Translations under genes and position numbers: made by a program
In this document: positions 47,599 through 48,314 of the stretch, in pieces
Position numbering within the stretch: the first letter of the stretch is position 1
Layout: the number at the start of each line of letters is the position of its first letter
Assembly (NCBI GenBank): GCA_023230755.1
Contig: JALNWS010000001.1
Location: 1 to 48,314, forward strand
Direction: 5' to 3'
Length of the DNA: 48,314 nucleotides
Source: Azoarcus sp.
Lineage (GTDB): Bacteria; Pseudomonadota; Gammaproteobacteria; Burkholderiales; Rhodocyclaceae
The notes under the pieces: model-generated
What the model saw: only the letters and a program-made list of their open reading frames with translations
The model's database searches: none
Told to the model about the DNA's origin: nothing

Positions 47599-48314
47599 AC
47601 TCCGTCTATCCGAATTTCAGCAGCGCACAATGGAGGTGCCGGAAGATTATGACTTGTTCCTCGGCGGTGGCCGTGGGGGTGGCAAGTCCTTCGTGATGGC
47701 GCTCCTCTGCCTTCGTCACGCAGAACAGTATGGCGACCGTGCAAGGATGCTGTTTATTCGCAGATCCTATGCCGGACTGAGGGACTTCGAGCTAACCGCC
47801 CGAGAGGTCTTCGGGCTGGCTTATGGCACAGGCTACGGCTACAACGCCTCGGAGCACCTCTTTCGACTTCCCGGAGGCGCTACGCTTGAACTCGGGCAAC
47901 TAGAGAGCCATACCGACTATCAGAAGTATCAGGGCAGATCCTTCACCCTCCTGCTGACTGACGAGGCCGGCCAATATGCCGCGCCCGACCTGCTGGACAT
48001 TCTGCGCTCAAACCTCAGAGCACCTACCGGGATTCCCGTTCGGATGATCATTGCCGCAAACCCTGGCGGCCCTGGTCATCATTGGCTGGCGAGTCGGTAT
48101 GTCTTTCAGGGTGCGCCGTGGAAACCCTTTGAGGAATCACGATCCGGCCGGCAATGGGTCTATGCGCCGAGCACCTTTACCCAAAACCCATTCATTGATG
48201 TTGCAGGTTATCGGCAGCAACTCGAATCGTCATGCCCCGAGGATCAGGAACTATTGCGGGCATGGATCGAAGGGGATTGGTCGATTGCGCGAGGCGCTTA
48301 CTTCTCGTCGGTTA
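47591..48314 (+). CDS. Phage terminase large subunit, N-terminal ATPase domain (truncated by window end; not in the ORF track)
   Basis: Manual translation: MNELRLSEFQQ...LFLGGGRGGGKS (Walker A)...YQGRSFTLLLTDEAGQ (Walker B)...AANPGGPGHHWL...NPFID...AWIEGDW; open to the window edge. Confidence 0.9.
   Translation, partial: MNELRLSEFQQRTMEVPEDYDLFLGGGRGGGKSFVMALLCLRHAEQYGDRARMLFIRRSYAGLRDFELTAREVFGLAYGTGYGYNASEHLFRLPGGATLELGQLESHTDYQKYQGRSFTLLLTDEAGQYAAPDLLDILRSNLRAPTGIPVRMIIAANPGGPGHHWLASRYVFQGAPWKPFEESRSGRQWVYAPSTFTQNPFIDVAGYRQQLESSCPEDQELLRAWIEGDWSIARGAYFSSV

Larger units (their letters stand above)
40704..48314 (+). mobile_element. tRNA-integrated phage-satellite (PICI-like) element, right end beyond the window
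   Basis: att fragment, P4-type integrase, AlpA, Zn-finger plus RepA helicase, iterons, terS-terL; all genes co-oriented; visibly lower GC and different codon usage from the host flank. Confidence 0.85.

Overview
GC-rich betaproteobacterial chromosome segment; gene content and order suggest Rhodocyclales (Thauera/Azoarcus-like), which is inference. From left to right: (1) the 3' end of flgN and a perfect 28-bp-arm palindrome. (2) parE, then an 11.6-kb accessory block: MarR-EmrAB efflux, two nif-associated-looking genes on back-to-back sigma54 promoters, and an AraC-linked five-gene beta-oxidation operon. (3) parC. (4) Flagellar operon flhB-flhA-flhF-flhG-fliA-motC-motD on the minus strand, with an ATPase-degenerate FlhG, followed by DUF192 and rluE. 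(5) A nitrogen-scavenging region: BauR-like LysR, a sigma54/NtrC-type peptide-family ABC transporter plus amidase, and a convergent beta-alanine/ureidopropionate catabolic operon. (6) A methyltransferase and a DMT transporter. (7) From about 40.7 kb to the window end, an integrated phage-satellite-like element at a displaced tRNA-Ser 3' fragment. It carries a P4-type integrase, an int-alpA-like RNA, AlpA, a Zn-finger plus RepA-type helicase with iterons, an internal att-like site, several orphan ORFs, and its own small and large terminase (TerL is cut by the window edge). This element is the most novel-looking system here. All calls come from reading the sequence; no searches were run.
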